DNA from: Pavona decussata
Taxonomy: Eukaryota
Assembly (NCBI GenBank): GCA_977016875.1
Contig: CDRNST010000020.1
Location: forward strand, 5,332,001 to 5,396,000
Length of the DNA stretch: 64,000 bases
Direction of reading: 5' to 3'
A model generated the notes under the pieces. The model was not told the DNA's origin. It was given only the letters and a program-made list of their open reading frames with translations, and ran no database searches. Positions within the stretch are counted from its first letter, which is position 1, and every line of letters begins with the position of its first letter. Position numbers and translations under genes: made by a program. This document shows, one piece after another, positions 46,701-60,134 of this stretch.

Positions 46701-49700
46701 AAGACTTGACAAAAACCGAAATACGGGCAATAAAAGTCTCTGGAACCCAGAGAAGAGGCGCATTGGTTCTTGTAACAAAAGATTCTTTTTTTTTTTTCAC
46801 TCGTTGCAAATTTGAATTACAACAAGAGCCATAATGGCTCTTGATTACAAAAACAATGGTGGTAAACAGTGATGTCTTCTAGTATCCTATAGGATACTAA
46901 CGATCAGGCGGGAACTGAGGTGAAATGTACCCATGTTTATTAATGCATTAACCATCAAATTTTTGGTTTGCTAAAACATACCTTGTAGTCAAGCTTAGCA
47001 GCTTTGAGCGACTCGATCATTCGTGTTTCCCAATCCATGTCACTTTCCACTTCGTTTATTTTACGCACCAGTGATATCAGGTCATCAAATGCTCGTGTAC
47101 CCTCCGCGGCATAGTAATCGAGTCCCTGAAGAGACTTTCTTACTGACGCACTGCATTCAGACAAAATGCGTAACACCGTGCTTTCACTAAAAGGCTGAAA
47201 GCCAGTCTCTTCACAGTACTGAGTATATTGACGCACGATTCGCTGAGGTATCATGGTTCTTATCACGTTGGGAACTTTAATGACTTCACCCGTCGAAAGA
47301 GTCAAATGTTTCTGTCCGAACGGAAGATCTTGCACTAGCTGTGGGCTTGTAATAAAGCACAGAAAATGATCTAACCGTTTTAGATCTACTTTTATTCTTG
47401 TTGACACCTGAAGAGGTACAGGTGCTCCTCGACCAAACTGAAGGCGGTGCAAATTTGCCATAGTGTACCGGTACGTTGTTAGCCCTGGAATGAAAGTGGC
47501 TAACATTTTATAACCAGCAACACCAGTCATTTCAGAAAGGATTTGGCGGCGGGTATCCCAGCTATCGGCGTTATTGTACGCTTCTGTCAAGGCTTCTAGG
47601 TAACGCTGATCTGCTTGTGAGATTTCTTCAATACCAAGCAACTTGTTCATGGCAGCTGTTGACGTCATGGCTCTCCAAATAAGGCCAGCATTTTGGGGGG
47701 AAATGGTTTTTAGCACTGCAGCTACGATGTCGCTTGATCTTCTTGTATACCTTTGTTTAGTGGATTCACTGCAACTGCTAAAGTCCAACCATTTTCTTTG
47801 AAGCGGCGGGATATTCCAAGCCACCAAGAACTCATTCAGAAGGCTACGCTGCATTTCTGCGGCTGTTGCTTGAGAGGGAAGAATTTCATCGCTTTGAGTA
47901 GACGTTGTGCTCCTGGTTTCAGGGCTTAAAAGGGTCTCATCGGCAATTTCTAGCTTGCTTAATGCACCAAGGACAGCACTAGATACATCACTGTCTGCAG
48001 ATATTGATTCCTCGGTTTCCTACACATTTGAAATAAATAACAAATTAGAAAATCCTTATGATACCCATTACAGTTTAATCCGGGTTGCTGCATTTTTCAC
48101 AAAAGCGCGCTGTATTGTCCGATTTTGTACGGATAAGAGGATATGCGGTTGGGTACGCCACTTCTCTAAATAAACAGCTACCTTAATTTGATTTTTTTTA
48201 AAATCAGCTGAACAAAAGCAGTGAAGGCGCAAGTAAACAATTTGCTCGTCCGATGGTAGTTTATTCACAGTTTTTTGCTTCGTTAAGTTTGATTGGGTTG
48301 AAGTTCAGCCTTTCAGCCTCGGCGGATCTCGCGCTACTCGATCTGCCTAAATTTATTTCTTTTGGTGCTTCATGTTACAGAAACTGAGTTATGCTTAGTG
48401 GCAACCTCGACCCCAGCAATTCTCGATTGCCTTCTCTTTTTATGGCCTCTTCCCTGTGATATTGACATCATTTTTCAGATACCACAATTGCCGTCAACGT
48501 TTGCTGTTTATAAAGAATTATCCAGGGCTTTTGAGCCAATCATTAACGGAGAAATATTTTGAGTACTAAATAACTTATTTTATGGGCTTATGAACATACC
48601 AGCCTTGTATGACCAGTTTCCATGAGTCCTTCTAAATTCTTTTCTTCATCCCTACTTTCCATAGATCCTTCTAACTTCTCCTCTTCCACTTTAGCTTCCC
48701 TAGGTCCTTCTAATCCCTTCTCTATAGCTCCAGCACCCGTTACATGTGTTTCCTCTTCCCTTGTCAAATGTGCAGAACAAGTGAAGCAAATAGCAAATGC
48801 AAAATAATAGTATGTTAGTGTAACAATTGTATACCTCTTCATCCACGAGAAAAAAAGTGAAGTAGTCTTACTTTTTCTAGTCCTCAACATTGAGGTAGTT
48901 TTGTTAAACTCCTAACAGTTGAAATATTTGCAAAACACATTGCAGCTTATCCCAAAAAAAGGGGGAGGGGGAGGGGGGGAAGGAGCAAGTGTTCCTGTCC
49001 AGTTTTTGGCAATTCGAAGCATATCATGGTTAAGACCGGTTAAGCTCATGAGAGAACGGGGATAACTAATGTCTACACACATTTTCGCCATTTTTTTTGC
49101 AACTTTATTTGACAGCTTCTGTCGCCATCTCTTGTTTGTGTCTTACTTCTCTGGGCCCCTCGGTAATAACACAAAAAAGTTCGCGAAAAAAAGTCGCGAA
49201 CACTGGCAAAAACCAGATCTCTCAAGGACAGAGTGAGATCTGGGTACGAGATTAGGGACCATACGGGTGTGCGCCGCTGAACAGCGTATAGTTTTTGCTT
49301 TTGAGTCTTAAACAGGGTGTCTCTTTAAAAGAGTGTCAAGGTAAGTGATGGAGGGTCTACATTTGTGGTTACCAACAATTTTTTTTTTTTGGAAAAATCC
49401 TAATTCCAGTATGTTAGTTTGAAAAATTACTCAATTTTTTATGCAAAGTGAAACAAATAATCAGGGCCATAAATTTAGGTCAAATGTCTTAAACTGGATA
49501 GCGAAAAGACAAATTTTGTCTTAAACTTAACTAAGTCAGGGTTTGAAGGCCTCGGCGGGTGGCGGCACACTCCTACCCAAACTTCCCTTGAGTGCCCTCC
49601 CCCCACCCCGGGTTCCATCACTTCAGTAAAAAAAATTCCTTACAGGGCTCCTATGGATTACGTCTGGAACCACTATTGCCGGTTACCTGTTGTCAAAAGA

Positions 49701-50422
49701 ATGCACGATATCGAGCTAAGGAATTGTGAAGAGATATATTTTTAGGTGATCTTTCCTTAGATGAAGGCAAAATTTCTGTAGGCCTCCTGGTTTTGAATAT
49801 TTCGAAATTGGTAACGTCACGTGACAACCAAGAATTTGTTACTACCAGGGCCGTTCTATCAATCTCTCATGAGAACTTCAGTAAAAATTACAAGACATTA
49901 CGTAAAAATCACTTACGCGATCCAACAGCAATTAGCTGGCCTGTTTCCTTCAAAATAAGTGAAGATAGTTGACTGTTTATTCTGCGTGTTCCTTTCACTG
50001 TTGCTGACTTATGTGCGATCATTGGGCTTGGAACCGAACACCTAGTTTTCCCTGTTCTCCATCTTATACCATATTCCGCCCGATGACGGGGACATATAGT
50101 TATGAGTTCATGAGACACATCAGGTGAAAAAATTCCTGATTAAAAGAAGAGAACTTTCGTAATAGTACTCTCACGCAATAATCACGCAACAAAATTAAAA
50201 ACAAAGTAAAAATTAAACCAAATGTCGTTTACCTGCACGAGCTAGTAGCAGTTTCATTTCACTTTCCAATGATGGATCTTCACTAAGGCCATACATTTCC
50301 AGATGTCTCGTGATGTCTCGTTCACATTTAAGAAGAGGTATACATTCGTATTGACCAGGATATTCCTGGCTAACATCGCATTTAAAATTTCCATCAACCA
50401 GAGTCGAAAAACTGCACAACAT
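43734..50422 (-). pseudogene. Sola3 transposase, copy 2 (same exon structure; premature stop at 44076-44078)
   Basis: Same motifs as copy 1 with a few substitutions. Confidence 0.85.
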
Positions 50423-51123
50423 TTTTTCTTTCCACACACAGCGTTATAAACGCTGTAGATTATACCATGTGTCGCTTATGCAATGTAGTTTGTTTGGATT
50501 TCGAAATACTGTACAGAATTAGGTGATTACGTGTACACGAGGAATGTTGCGTGAGGGGCTGTGCACAGGGTAATTTATTCAAATCACTGACCATACATGT
50601 AACTTGACACCAAATTAAAGAACCAACATTTGGCGCCGAAACCTTTGTACGGACGTATGTTACAATTTCAGTTACTCGCTAGTTTTTAAGTCATTTCATT
50701 CAGGTAAGCTACAAAGCCTTACATCACGAGAAAGATGATGAACACTTGCTAAGACTGTGACTGGGTGGAGGGTATTAGTTTCTAAAAAATCCTGGACGAA
50801 CATCGAAAACCAATTCTTTCGTAAGAGTATCTCAAAGCTTGGAGGCGATGGACGTCCGTAGAAGGCCCTGCCTGGAAGGTGTGTTCATCATTATTGTAAA
50901 TGTTTGCTTTGATATACTTGCATCTTGTGCTTTTTGGCTTTGAGCACAAACAATTATTGTTTATTTTATTTGGGATACAATTAATACGGTCCGTTTTGTT
51001 TCATAGTTCATTTTTATCTAAGTAAATTTATTATCTGTTGGCGAAGCTAATAAAATAAAAAAATAAACATAGTTTGCCGATGGGGTTTTGAAGTTGAAAT
51101 GATTGATAGACCGAACGCCTGTT

Positions 51124-51955
51124 ACTTCAGAACCGGGGATTCACCCGACCAGATTTCGTGACCGTGCAAAGCCAATCGCTGTTCTTTTTAATACTTTGTT
51201 TTAGTATTTTTCCTTGTTTTAGATTATTCGACGAACAATTTCGCTTTATTAGCTTCCCAGATAGCAATACTTGCTTAGATAACAGAATTTTCATCAATTC
51301 CTTGCGCTTTGACGGGCTAGTTATAACTTCTGTGTGATTTTCTCCTCGATTTGCATATATTTTCCTTTGTTTACATTCCACGTTCTTGTCGCGCACGGCG
51401 ACTTGGGGGGCTCAAGTTAAAATTTTATTACTCGCAAACGTTTTAATTTGCAGAGCTAAAACTTCGGGTGTAATTAATAAAATAACAGTTCTTTCGTTTA
51501 GTATAATACGTTTTTCAATTTGTGACATACCAGGGTCGACTTTTGGCGGTTGAAGTTGGGCGTTATTTTGACTGCCAAAACAACACTCAATCGGGGTGCA
51601 CACAATAAAAGCCAGAAACTATATTACAATAGTTATTTTGCAAAACCTTTTTATGAAGTCTTAAAGCCCTTGATGTCTTCTAAATACATGAGTAATATCA
51701 AGTCAATAGGAACTTTTGCGCTCTTGTACTGTTTCGATGAAAATTGTTAAAATTTGCACCCATTTCCCGAATAAAAAAAATGTATTTTTAGCGAATTTTC
51801 GAACTTTTCTAAAATTCTCAAAATGTAAAGCGCTTGGGGATTTCTTAATATCATTTCTTGAAATAGTTCACCCACAGGGATGTTTGGGTGGTATCAGCAA
51901 AAATTCGAATTTTTAGAACTGATTTGAGATTCTCGATATTTTCCGACATTGGCTC
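51124..51955. repeat. Sola3 right TIR, copy 2
   Basis: Inverted copy of 41226-42040. Confidence 0.92.
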
Positions 51956-52345
51956 TTAAATACTTGTCATTATAATTACATCGAAGCAGGAAATTTAGAC
52001 CTCCATGTTTGTTAAAAATGTAGTCTGGTATTTTTTTCCAATTGCAGTTATCTCTAAAAAGAAGTCTTTTGATCCATGCAAGTCTGAGCGATTTACTGGT
52101 AAGTTTCATGTCAACCATCTGTAAACCTCCTGTGGAAAGATTTTGGTACATACTAGTACGTTTTATTTTGTCCTTCTTATTTTTCCAAAGGAAACGAAAC
52201 ATCTTCTCTTTTACCATAGGCACTATATCCTTAGGGACATTAACATTTGAAATTGAATATATTAAGTTAGACGGCCCCAAAGATTTAATGATTAGTTCCT
52301 TTCCATAGAATGTTAATCCTCTCGATTTCCAAAAGCATTAAGACT
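51956..52345 (-). mobile_element. L1/Tx1 LINE, piece 1 (5'-truncated start)
   Basis: ..GGLNFLLRCNYNDKYL continues as RHIPTLY.. at 41221 after Sola3 is removed. Confidence 0.9.
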
Positions 52346-53158
52346 TATATTATTTGGAGAATACAACTCAGATTACCTGTTTGATATTTGAAATTCAAAA
52401 TTAGAAAGAAGGCCGAATAAATCAGATGAAAATGTTCATATAAGCTTATATAATGTTCATACAGCCACAAGGTAACATGTATGATTTAAGAGTGTGGCAG
52501 GCCAAAGCCGCCGTCGCCACAAACACAAAAATAAAATGCCACAGCTTGAATGCACTTTCAAAGTTTAATGAAGATGAAAAAGGGGAAATACGAAGATAAC
52601 GTATAACCCAAAACAAGTGTGCTAGTGAGTGATTCGACTGAAATAAAATAAAACGGGAATTATTAATTACAAACTGAAAAAAGCAACAAGAACTACGCAA
52701 AATAAACAAACCGAAATATACAAGCAAACAACTAAGAAAAATACTTACAAAACTGTGGCCATAAAAAACTTGAAAATAAAAATGAAATGCAAAGAACGCT
52801 TCCCAGCTGAGAAATATGCCCGCTCGCAGAACACAACGCAATACAAACTTGAGACGGAAAGGAAAATAACCTAGCTGGAAAACATTAGCTTATATACTGA
52901 CGCAGTATGTAAATGTTTATGTAACACACTGAAATAATTCCGAGCAAACTCCTTAGGGATAAATTGAATTCTAGGCGCAACATTCCGGCCCCTGAACTTA
53001 AAGCGTTAAGTTCACTTAAACTGTTAAGCGTCTAAAAAAGTAACGGAAAATAAATAAACAAATAAATGTTCTGTTTTAAGGACATTTGAAAGTTCAAGTT
53101 CACAAAAAGTGATCGGTGTTTCCTTGAAAAGTCCTCCTTTAATGACAGTTCTCATTTA

Positions 53159-56100
53159 AGGTCCTGCTCGAGAAAGCACAGCTTCGTTAGCGGTCTTGTC
53201 AAAGTACATTTCTTGGTTGCAATCTTTGCTGATCTAACGAGACTGTCTCTTCCACTATGCACTTCAATAATCCGACCCTAAGGCCATTGTCCACGTGGAA
53301 CTCTTTCATCAACAACCAAAACCAAGTCGCCAACACAAAAATTCCGTAACGGTCTTGTCCATTTTTGGCGTTCTTGAAGGGGAGGTAGATAACTTGAGAG
53401 CCATCTTTTCCAAAGTACATCCGCTGAGTACTGAATTTGTCTCCAACGGTGCTTGCAATACAGAAAAAACACCTGGTGGCATGCTACCCTCCGGTTGCAG
53501 GAGCAATAAATGGTTGGGCGTCAAAGCTTCAAAATCTGCAGGGTTGTCGCTATTAGGCGTTAAAGGACGACTGTTCAAAACACTTTCCACTTCAGTCATA
53601 ATGGTGCCAAGAGCCTCTCCAGAACCAGCTGATCCCTCAACAAACTTCCAAGGACCTTGCGCGCAGACCGGATTACACACTCCCAAACCCCGCCCATATG
53701 GGAACCTCCTGGAGGATTAAATCTCCACTCAATATTCCTTTGCTGAAGAAACTTCTCGATTTTCCGATGGTTCCAATCATTTATGGCTTCTCGAATTTCT
53801 CTCCTGCACATAAATTGGTGCCGTTGTCACTTCTTATGATCTTTGGATGACCTCTGCAATTAATAAATCTCCCAAGTGCATTAACAAACGAATCTGTATC
53901 CAAAGACTCGGTCACCTCTATGTGAGCGGCTCTCATGGTCAAGCATGTAAAAAGGCATCCATAGTGCTTTACAATACTCCTACGCTGTTTGACGTACTAT
54001 GGCCCGAAGAAATCAATACCAACGGAAGCGAACGGTGGCTGATCAGGGGTCAGCCGATCTTTGGGTAAACTCGCCATCAATTGTTGTCCACAAACAGCAT
54101 TCTGTCTTCGACGAGTAAGGCATCTCCCAATCACTCTTCGAACAGTAGCACGACCCTTAACAATCCAGAATCTTTGATGCAAGCTCGCCAACACGTATTC
54201 CTGGCCAAAATGCCCAACAAGCTCATAATGTTCCATGATGATAAGGCTGGACAAGTGATGGTTGCTTGGTAACAAAATCTGATGCTTTGCTTGGACGTTT
54301 ATTGGAGCATATTCAAGTCTGCCTCCAACTCTAAGAATACCCCTCTGATCCAGTCAAGGCCTCAACTTGTAAATTGAGCCACTCGAGCCTGAACATCTCA
54401 GTACATGCTTCTGCCGAACCAAAGAACTTGACCTCTTTTGAGCGTCTAAAACTTGAGGAAATGGCTCTCTCTGCACGTATTTGATTAGCTCAACTTCTGT
54501 GGTCCTTATGTCTTCCAAAGAAAGTTCGTTGGGTAGCAGACGGGTGTCCGAGGGATTACTTAGTCCCCTACGTGAATAAAGCTTGTTCTTTATGAATTCT
54601 TTGAAGCGGATGAGCCAAGCGACACCCCTCTTCAGCTTGTACTAGTAAGAATAACGTTGGATCATCGAATTCAATGTTGTTCCTGGAAAAGCCAAAAGAC
54701 GAACTTGTATTTCCTTCCTGATTTCCGGATCCTCATCTAAAGTCTTGTGTAAGGGTTCTGGGAAAGTAGGCCAGAAATGTTCAACTTTCCACAGGAATTC
54801 TGAACCGCTGAACCACTGAGTGTTATGAATCATTTCATCTGCAGTTGCTCCTCTGCTAATTAAATCTGCTGGGTTATCGGAAGCTGGCACGTACCTCCAC
54901 TGGGCAGGCTGAGAACCATCATGTGTGACTGCAAGTCTATTGGCGACGAAGGTATGAAACCTCTTCTCCACATTCCTAATATATTGCAGCACAGCAGTAG
55001 AATCTGACCAGAAAATTGACTTGTCGATCGCAAACTCCAACTCTTCACGAAGTACTCGGTCAATCTTGACTGCGAGGACAGCTGCCGACAGCTCCAGCCT
55101 CGGTATGGTCATCGGTTTTACATGGGCTAGACGAGATTTTGCCACAAGAAAGTTGCAATGAACCAGGCCGTCCACATTTTCAAATCTTGCATATGCAACT
55201 GCGCCAAATGCCACTTGGGATGCATCGGCAAAGTGGTGAGGCTGAGAAGACAATATCTCTCCAAAGTTTCCTGGCTTAGGATGCCGTGACACGATGACTT
55301 GAGAAAGCTTAGGCAGGTTTGCGAGCCATGTCTTCCAGCGCATAGCTTCCTCTGATGCAATTACATCATCCCATCCTAATTTCTTTCGACAAAGGTCTTG
55401 CAAAAGCTTCTTGGCAGACACGACAACAGGTGACACCAGCCCAAGAGGATCATAAACCGAGCTTGTTACGGATAAAATCCCTCTTTGAGGGAAAGGTTTG
55501 TCCTTTGGTACAACCTTGAAAGTGAATGTGTCAGTGCCCACATTCCATTGAACTCCAAGTGTTCTCTCGAGGGGAAGATTGTTGTTAAATAAATCCAAAT
55601 CCAACACTGACAGAGCTCTATCGTACTTCGGAATAGTCTGTAGCACATCTCTATCATTACTCAGCCACTTGGTTAATCGAAAACCACCTCTGGACAACAA
55701 ACCACAAAGCTCAACTCTTAAGCGCACAGCAACAGCCCTTGAAGAAACCGACTTAAGACAATTGTCAACGTAAAAATTCTTGAGCGCAGTATCGATCACT
55801 TCATATCAAAAATCGCCATAGTTATCTTGGGCAGTCCTCCTTAAAGCAAAACTCGCGACCCTAGGCGAAGAGGTGCTACCAAAAAGATGAACCTCTATTC
55901 TATACTCGACTGGTTGCTGTCTCACATCGTCACCAGGCCACCACAAGAAACGAAGAGCGTCGTGATCCCTTGGGTCGACTCTCACTTGATGAAACATGGC
56001 CTCGATATCCGAGACAAAGGCAATCGATTCTTGACGAAATCTGTTGAGGACATCAAACAGGTTGTTGGTCAAATCAGGACCATGTAACAGCTGATCATTC

Positions 56101-59100
56101 GATGACATTCCTCTAAACTTTGCTGCACAGTCGAACACCACTCTCAGCTTATCTGGTTTGTGGGGGTGGAAAACTGCATGATGCGGAAGATACCATAGAG
56201 GCTTGCCAGTGGGGTTGAGTTCCTTATGAGGCACCCGATGGGCATACCCCTTGGTGATGTAATCGTTGATTGTCCCCTTGTATTCTTAAAAGAATTCTTC
56301 AACACACAGAAACCATTTCCTCAACAACTGCAACCTCTGCTCGGCCGCCAATCGATTGTTTGAAAGATAAGGTGGCTGATTTCTTCAAGGAAGAGCTACT
56401 TGGTAGTGGGCAGAGACGATCTTAACTGAATCCTCCATCGTTTTTAGTGCCTTCTGATCTTCCACGGACATAGCCACTTTAGAACTGCATAACGCATCAA
56501 CGAAATCTGTCCTCCAAAACTTTTCTACTTGCTGCAATAAAGCCTCATCATGATCACCTCTACCGCTCTCCAGACGTACAAAGTTCACATTGAAATTGGA
56601 ATCTCCACTAAACCTCTCAACAGGTCCCATCAAAGTCCAACCAAGTAATGATCGAACAGCTACAGGTTCTCCCCTTGCACCACGTCTCTCTTCCAACTCC
56701 CAAAAAGCCTCTGGAGCATTGCATCCAATGAGCAGCCTAACATCTTTGCCTTGTATCTCTGGAAGCTCAATGTCGCTCAGATGAGGCCATCCTTTCACAT
56801 CTTCAGGCACTGGAATACTTTGACTTGAGATAGTTAAGCAATCAACGGACCACACTCTTCGTATTTCCAATGTTGAATCACCATCCAAAGAACTATTCTT
56901 AGTTTCCCTTTTTATCATATTTTTTATATCTTCATTTACTGTACCTAGTTTTATACGTACTTTTTATCTATTTTATTAATTGTAAATACGCAATTCAGTC
57001 ATGTATTGATTGTTAAACTATCTATCCATCCATCCATCTATCCATCCATCCATCCATCCATCCATTCATCCATCCAAATGGTAAGCTTCAGCTCCAAGCC
57101 GGACTTAGCACTGTCCTTCTTCTCTTGTGTGGTCAGGAAGAAATCTCGCCGTTTACCTTGAAGACCTAACTCCTTCACCAGCTCAGAATCACAGAGAGAA
57201 ACATCTGATCCGTTATCCAGGAGAGCATACGACCAGACAAACTGTCACGTACTTTGACCGGAACAACTCTGAGGTGTATTCTCTTCTCAGTTGACTGGCA
57301 ACGGTTGTTTTGGTTTCTTTGATTTCTTGCACCAACCCCAATTGCATAACTCTGAGTAACATGACCTCCACAAGAACTTGTGTGACCTTGGATATCGCGA
57401 TGTGTACCGGAAGCTGAACCAATGCCAGTCATGTGACTCTGCGTGACACGATCTCCACCGGAAGTTATATCAGGCATAGTTGCGTGACTCAGGAAATCGC
57501 GGTATGGTCCGGAAGTTGTACCAGCCCTAAAGGCGTGACGCTGAGTGACACCATCACCACCGGAAGTTGCACCGATTGTCATTGTGTGACTCTGGTTAAC
57601 ACGATCTTCAACTAAGCGCAGACGAAGGACTCCTTCACGAAAGCAATTGACCTAAATGTTGCGGTTCGCAGACAGCTCCGTGGGGGGGGTGGATCACCGT
57701 CATATGCTTCCTGTTACAACCTTCGACATAACAGGCACTCTTTTGCAGGCATCCCCTGGCTTTGTGTCCCATCTTGAAGCAATTGTCACACAATCTGTGT
57801 TCTCGCAAAGTGTTTATGCGATCGGCATACGATTTTCTTTTGAACTCCTCACAGTTCCATAACTGATGTAGGCCTGCACATACAACGCACTTCCCGGACC
57901 CAGCACCAATACCTTGGTTCACAGCAGAACGGCTGTTATCATTAAATGCGCTACTCTTCACATTGGAGGAAACAGGCTTGACTGAGCCCACTTGAGCCGC
58001 GAATGTGGTTCCCCTTGATGAGCTGCTGGGCTTGTTAGTCTTTTTGGTCTTCTCTCTGTCACCAGCAATAATGTTTCCACACACAGAATCGCTCACTGCT
58101 CGGGCTCTCTTGGACACAAACTTGGAGATGTGGTGAATTCTAGGTCTCAATCCCGACTCTTGCAAACGATCAGCAACCTCTAGCCACTTGATTCTTAGAT
58201 AAAACGGAAGTCTTTCCGCGACGCTCCTCAGGTTCTCGGCGCTATTGATCTCGTTCAGGTATCCAATGGATTCCAAGACGTTTTGACAGTCTCTTAATTG
58301 ATCCGCAAAGGTCAGTAAACCATGCTGGTCATAAGGCTTTAACGGAGGGCCTCGAACTACCCTATTGAGGTGTGCAGTAGCAATCTTGTATGGATGTCCA
58401 AACGTTCCTCAAGCAACACTCTAGCTGTCTGATATCCAACCGCAGGCTCGAAAGCCGAACAGCTGCTAATGGCGTCCTTTGCAGTCCCTGTGCAGAACTG
58501 CAACAAATACGAGAGGCGCTCGCTATCATCCGATGCATTTCTTGTGATGCTGTTCTCAAACAAGCGAAAAAAATTCCAGTAATCGAGTGGATTTCCGTCA
58601 AACTTGCTAATGTCAGGTTTTGGTAAGGAGAATCCTTGCTTAATCGTGGACGCCATTGACTGGAAGGTCTTCTGTTGAAGTCCAATCATTTGTTGCTGCT
58701 GATGCAATAATTGTTCAAGGTTTTCATGGTAAGGAGGATTTCCACGGTCAAGGCTAGCTTTAGGCTCACCGTAAGCGGGTTTGCACTTCCATTGAGAAAC
58801 AGGATCTAAATCGGAACGCACGTGTAAGTGTGTGTAAGTGCAGACTTCGCCGTAAAACCGGTGTCCAGGAAATTAACAGTTCGCGGGTCGTCGCCCTTGG
58901 CTCGTGGAACATCGGACGTCGGGGGTGGATCGAAGGAATACGCAAAATGATCCTTGTAACCTTCTCCTTCCTCTAAAATTTGCACTCTAAGACACGCTTG
59001 TTCAATTTTATTTTCGACCTCCAATAACTCCTCGCGCTTTACTACCACACGTCTTTGCTGCAAATCGAATTTCTTCTTGAGTTGCTGCATTTTTAACTCA

Positions 59101-59588
59101 GCGAGAGCCTCTTCTACCTTGGCCTCTTTGACCTTCACCGTTAAATGCGAAATTGCTTTAGAAACCGAACTCCGAGATTTTCTGAACACCGAAGAAGAGC
59201 CATACTGGCTGGCTGAATCATTCGCATCCACCGAAGGCAACCTCTGAGAGCCATCAAGCCACTTCTGAATGCGCTGCACAAACCGGCGATTCTCGTCGCT
59301 TAGATCTTCGAACCAAGTTGTTGCTTCAAAAATTTCTTCCGGATCATCAAGACACTGTACATAAGCTTCATGAGCACGCCGAAAGTTCGTGAATGCTGGT
59401 TCCAGGTTAGCTAGCTTGCTTCGAACACATTCATACTCTCACGAAACCATCAACGCTTCAATCTCATTTCGAATCCTTGTTACGTGACCCTTATATCCGT
59501 TCCGTGAAGTTTTCAAATTTTGTTTCAACTCTAAGCGAGGAGTGCCACTCCCGGAGCGGTCGTCGACTCGACGGTCCTGTGAGAGCAT
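53159..59588 (-). pseudogene. BEL-A gag-pol, copy 2 (additional gag stop at 59439 and a 31-bp deletion near 58828)
   Basis: Same domains as copy 1; CGA>TGA change; net 31-bp loss relative to ~17028-17060. Confidence 0.92.
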
Positions 59589-59644
59589 GTGGCCAAAACC
59601 AACTGGGTTGCTGACATAAACTTCCACACAGTTTTTCAAATAAA

Positions 59645-60134
59645 TGTGGCAGGCCAAAGCCGCCGCCGCCATGAACACAAAAATAAAATACCACAGCTTG
59701 AATGCACTTCCAAAGTTTAATGAAGATGAAAAAGGGGAAATACGAAGATAACGTATAACCCAAAACAAGTGTGCTAGTGAGTGATTCGACTGAAATAAAA
59801 TAAAACGGGAATTATAAATTACAAACTGAAAAAAGCAACAAGAACCACGCGAAATAAACAAACCGAAATATACAACCAAACAACAAAGAAAAATACTTAC
59901 AAAACTGTGGCCATAAAAAACTTGAAAATAAAAATGAAATGCAAAGAACGCTTCCCAGCTGAGAAATATGCCCGCTCGCAGAACACAACGCAATACAAAC
60001 TTGAGACGGAAAGAAAAATAACGTAGCTGGAAAACATTAGCTTATATACTGATGCAGTATGTAAATGTTTATGTAACACACTGAAATAATTCCGTGCAAA
60101 CTCCTTAGGGATAAATTGAATTCTATGCGCAACA
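59645..60134 (-). repeat. BEL-A 5' LTR, copy 2 (complete, 490 bp)
   Basis: tgtggcagg...atgcgcaaca; about 15 differences from the 3' LTR. Confidence 0.95.

Larger units (their letters stand above)
41226..51955 (-). mobile_element. Sola3 DNA transposon, complete copy 2 (10,730 bp)
   Basis: Termini GAGCCAATGTCGG...CCGACATTGGCTC; flanks TTGA/TTAA; ~800-bp TIRs; DDD transposase. These match the established Sola3 hallmarks. Confidence 0.9.
41815..60006. repeat. Segmental duplication, copy 2 (portion matching 1-18227)
   Basis: All ORFs recur at offsets +41814, +41810 and +41779. Confidence 0.97.
52493..60134 (-). mobile_element. BEL/Pao LTR retrotransposon A, copy 2, both LTRs complete
   Basis: LTRs 52493-52982 and 59645-60134; flanks AAGAG/AACAG (5-bp TSD, one mismatch). 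Confidence 0.95.
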
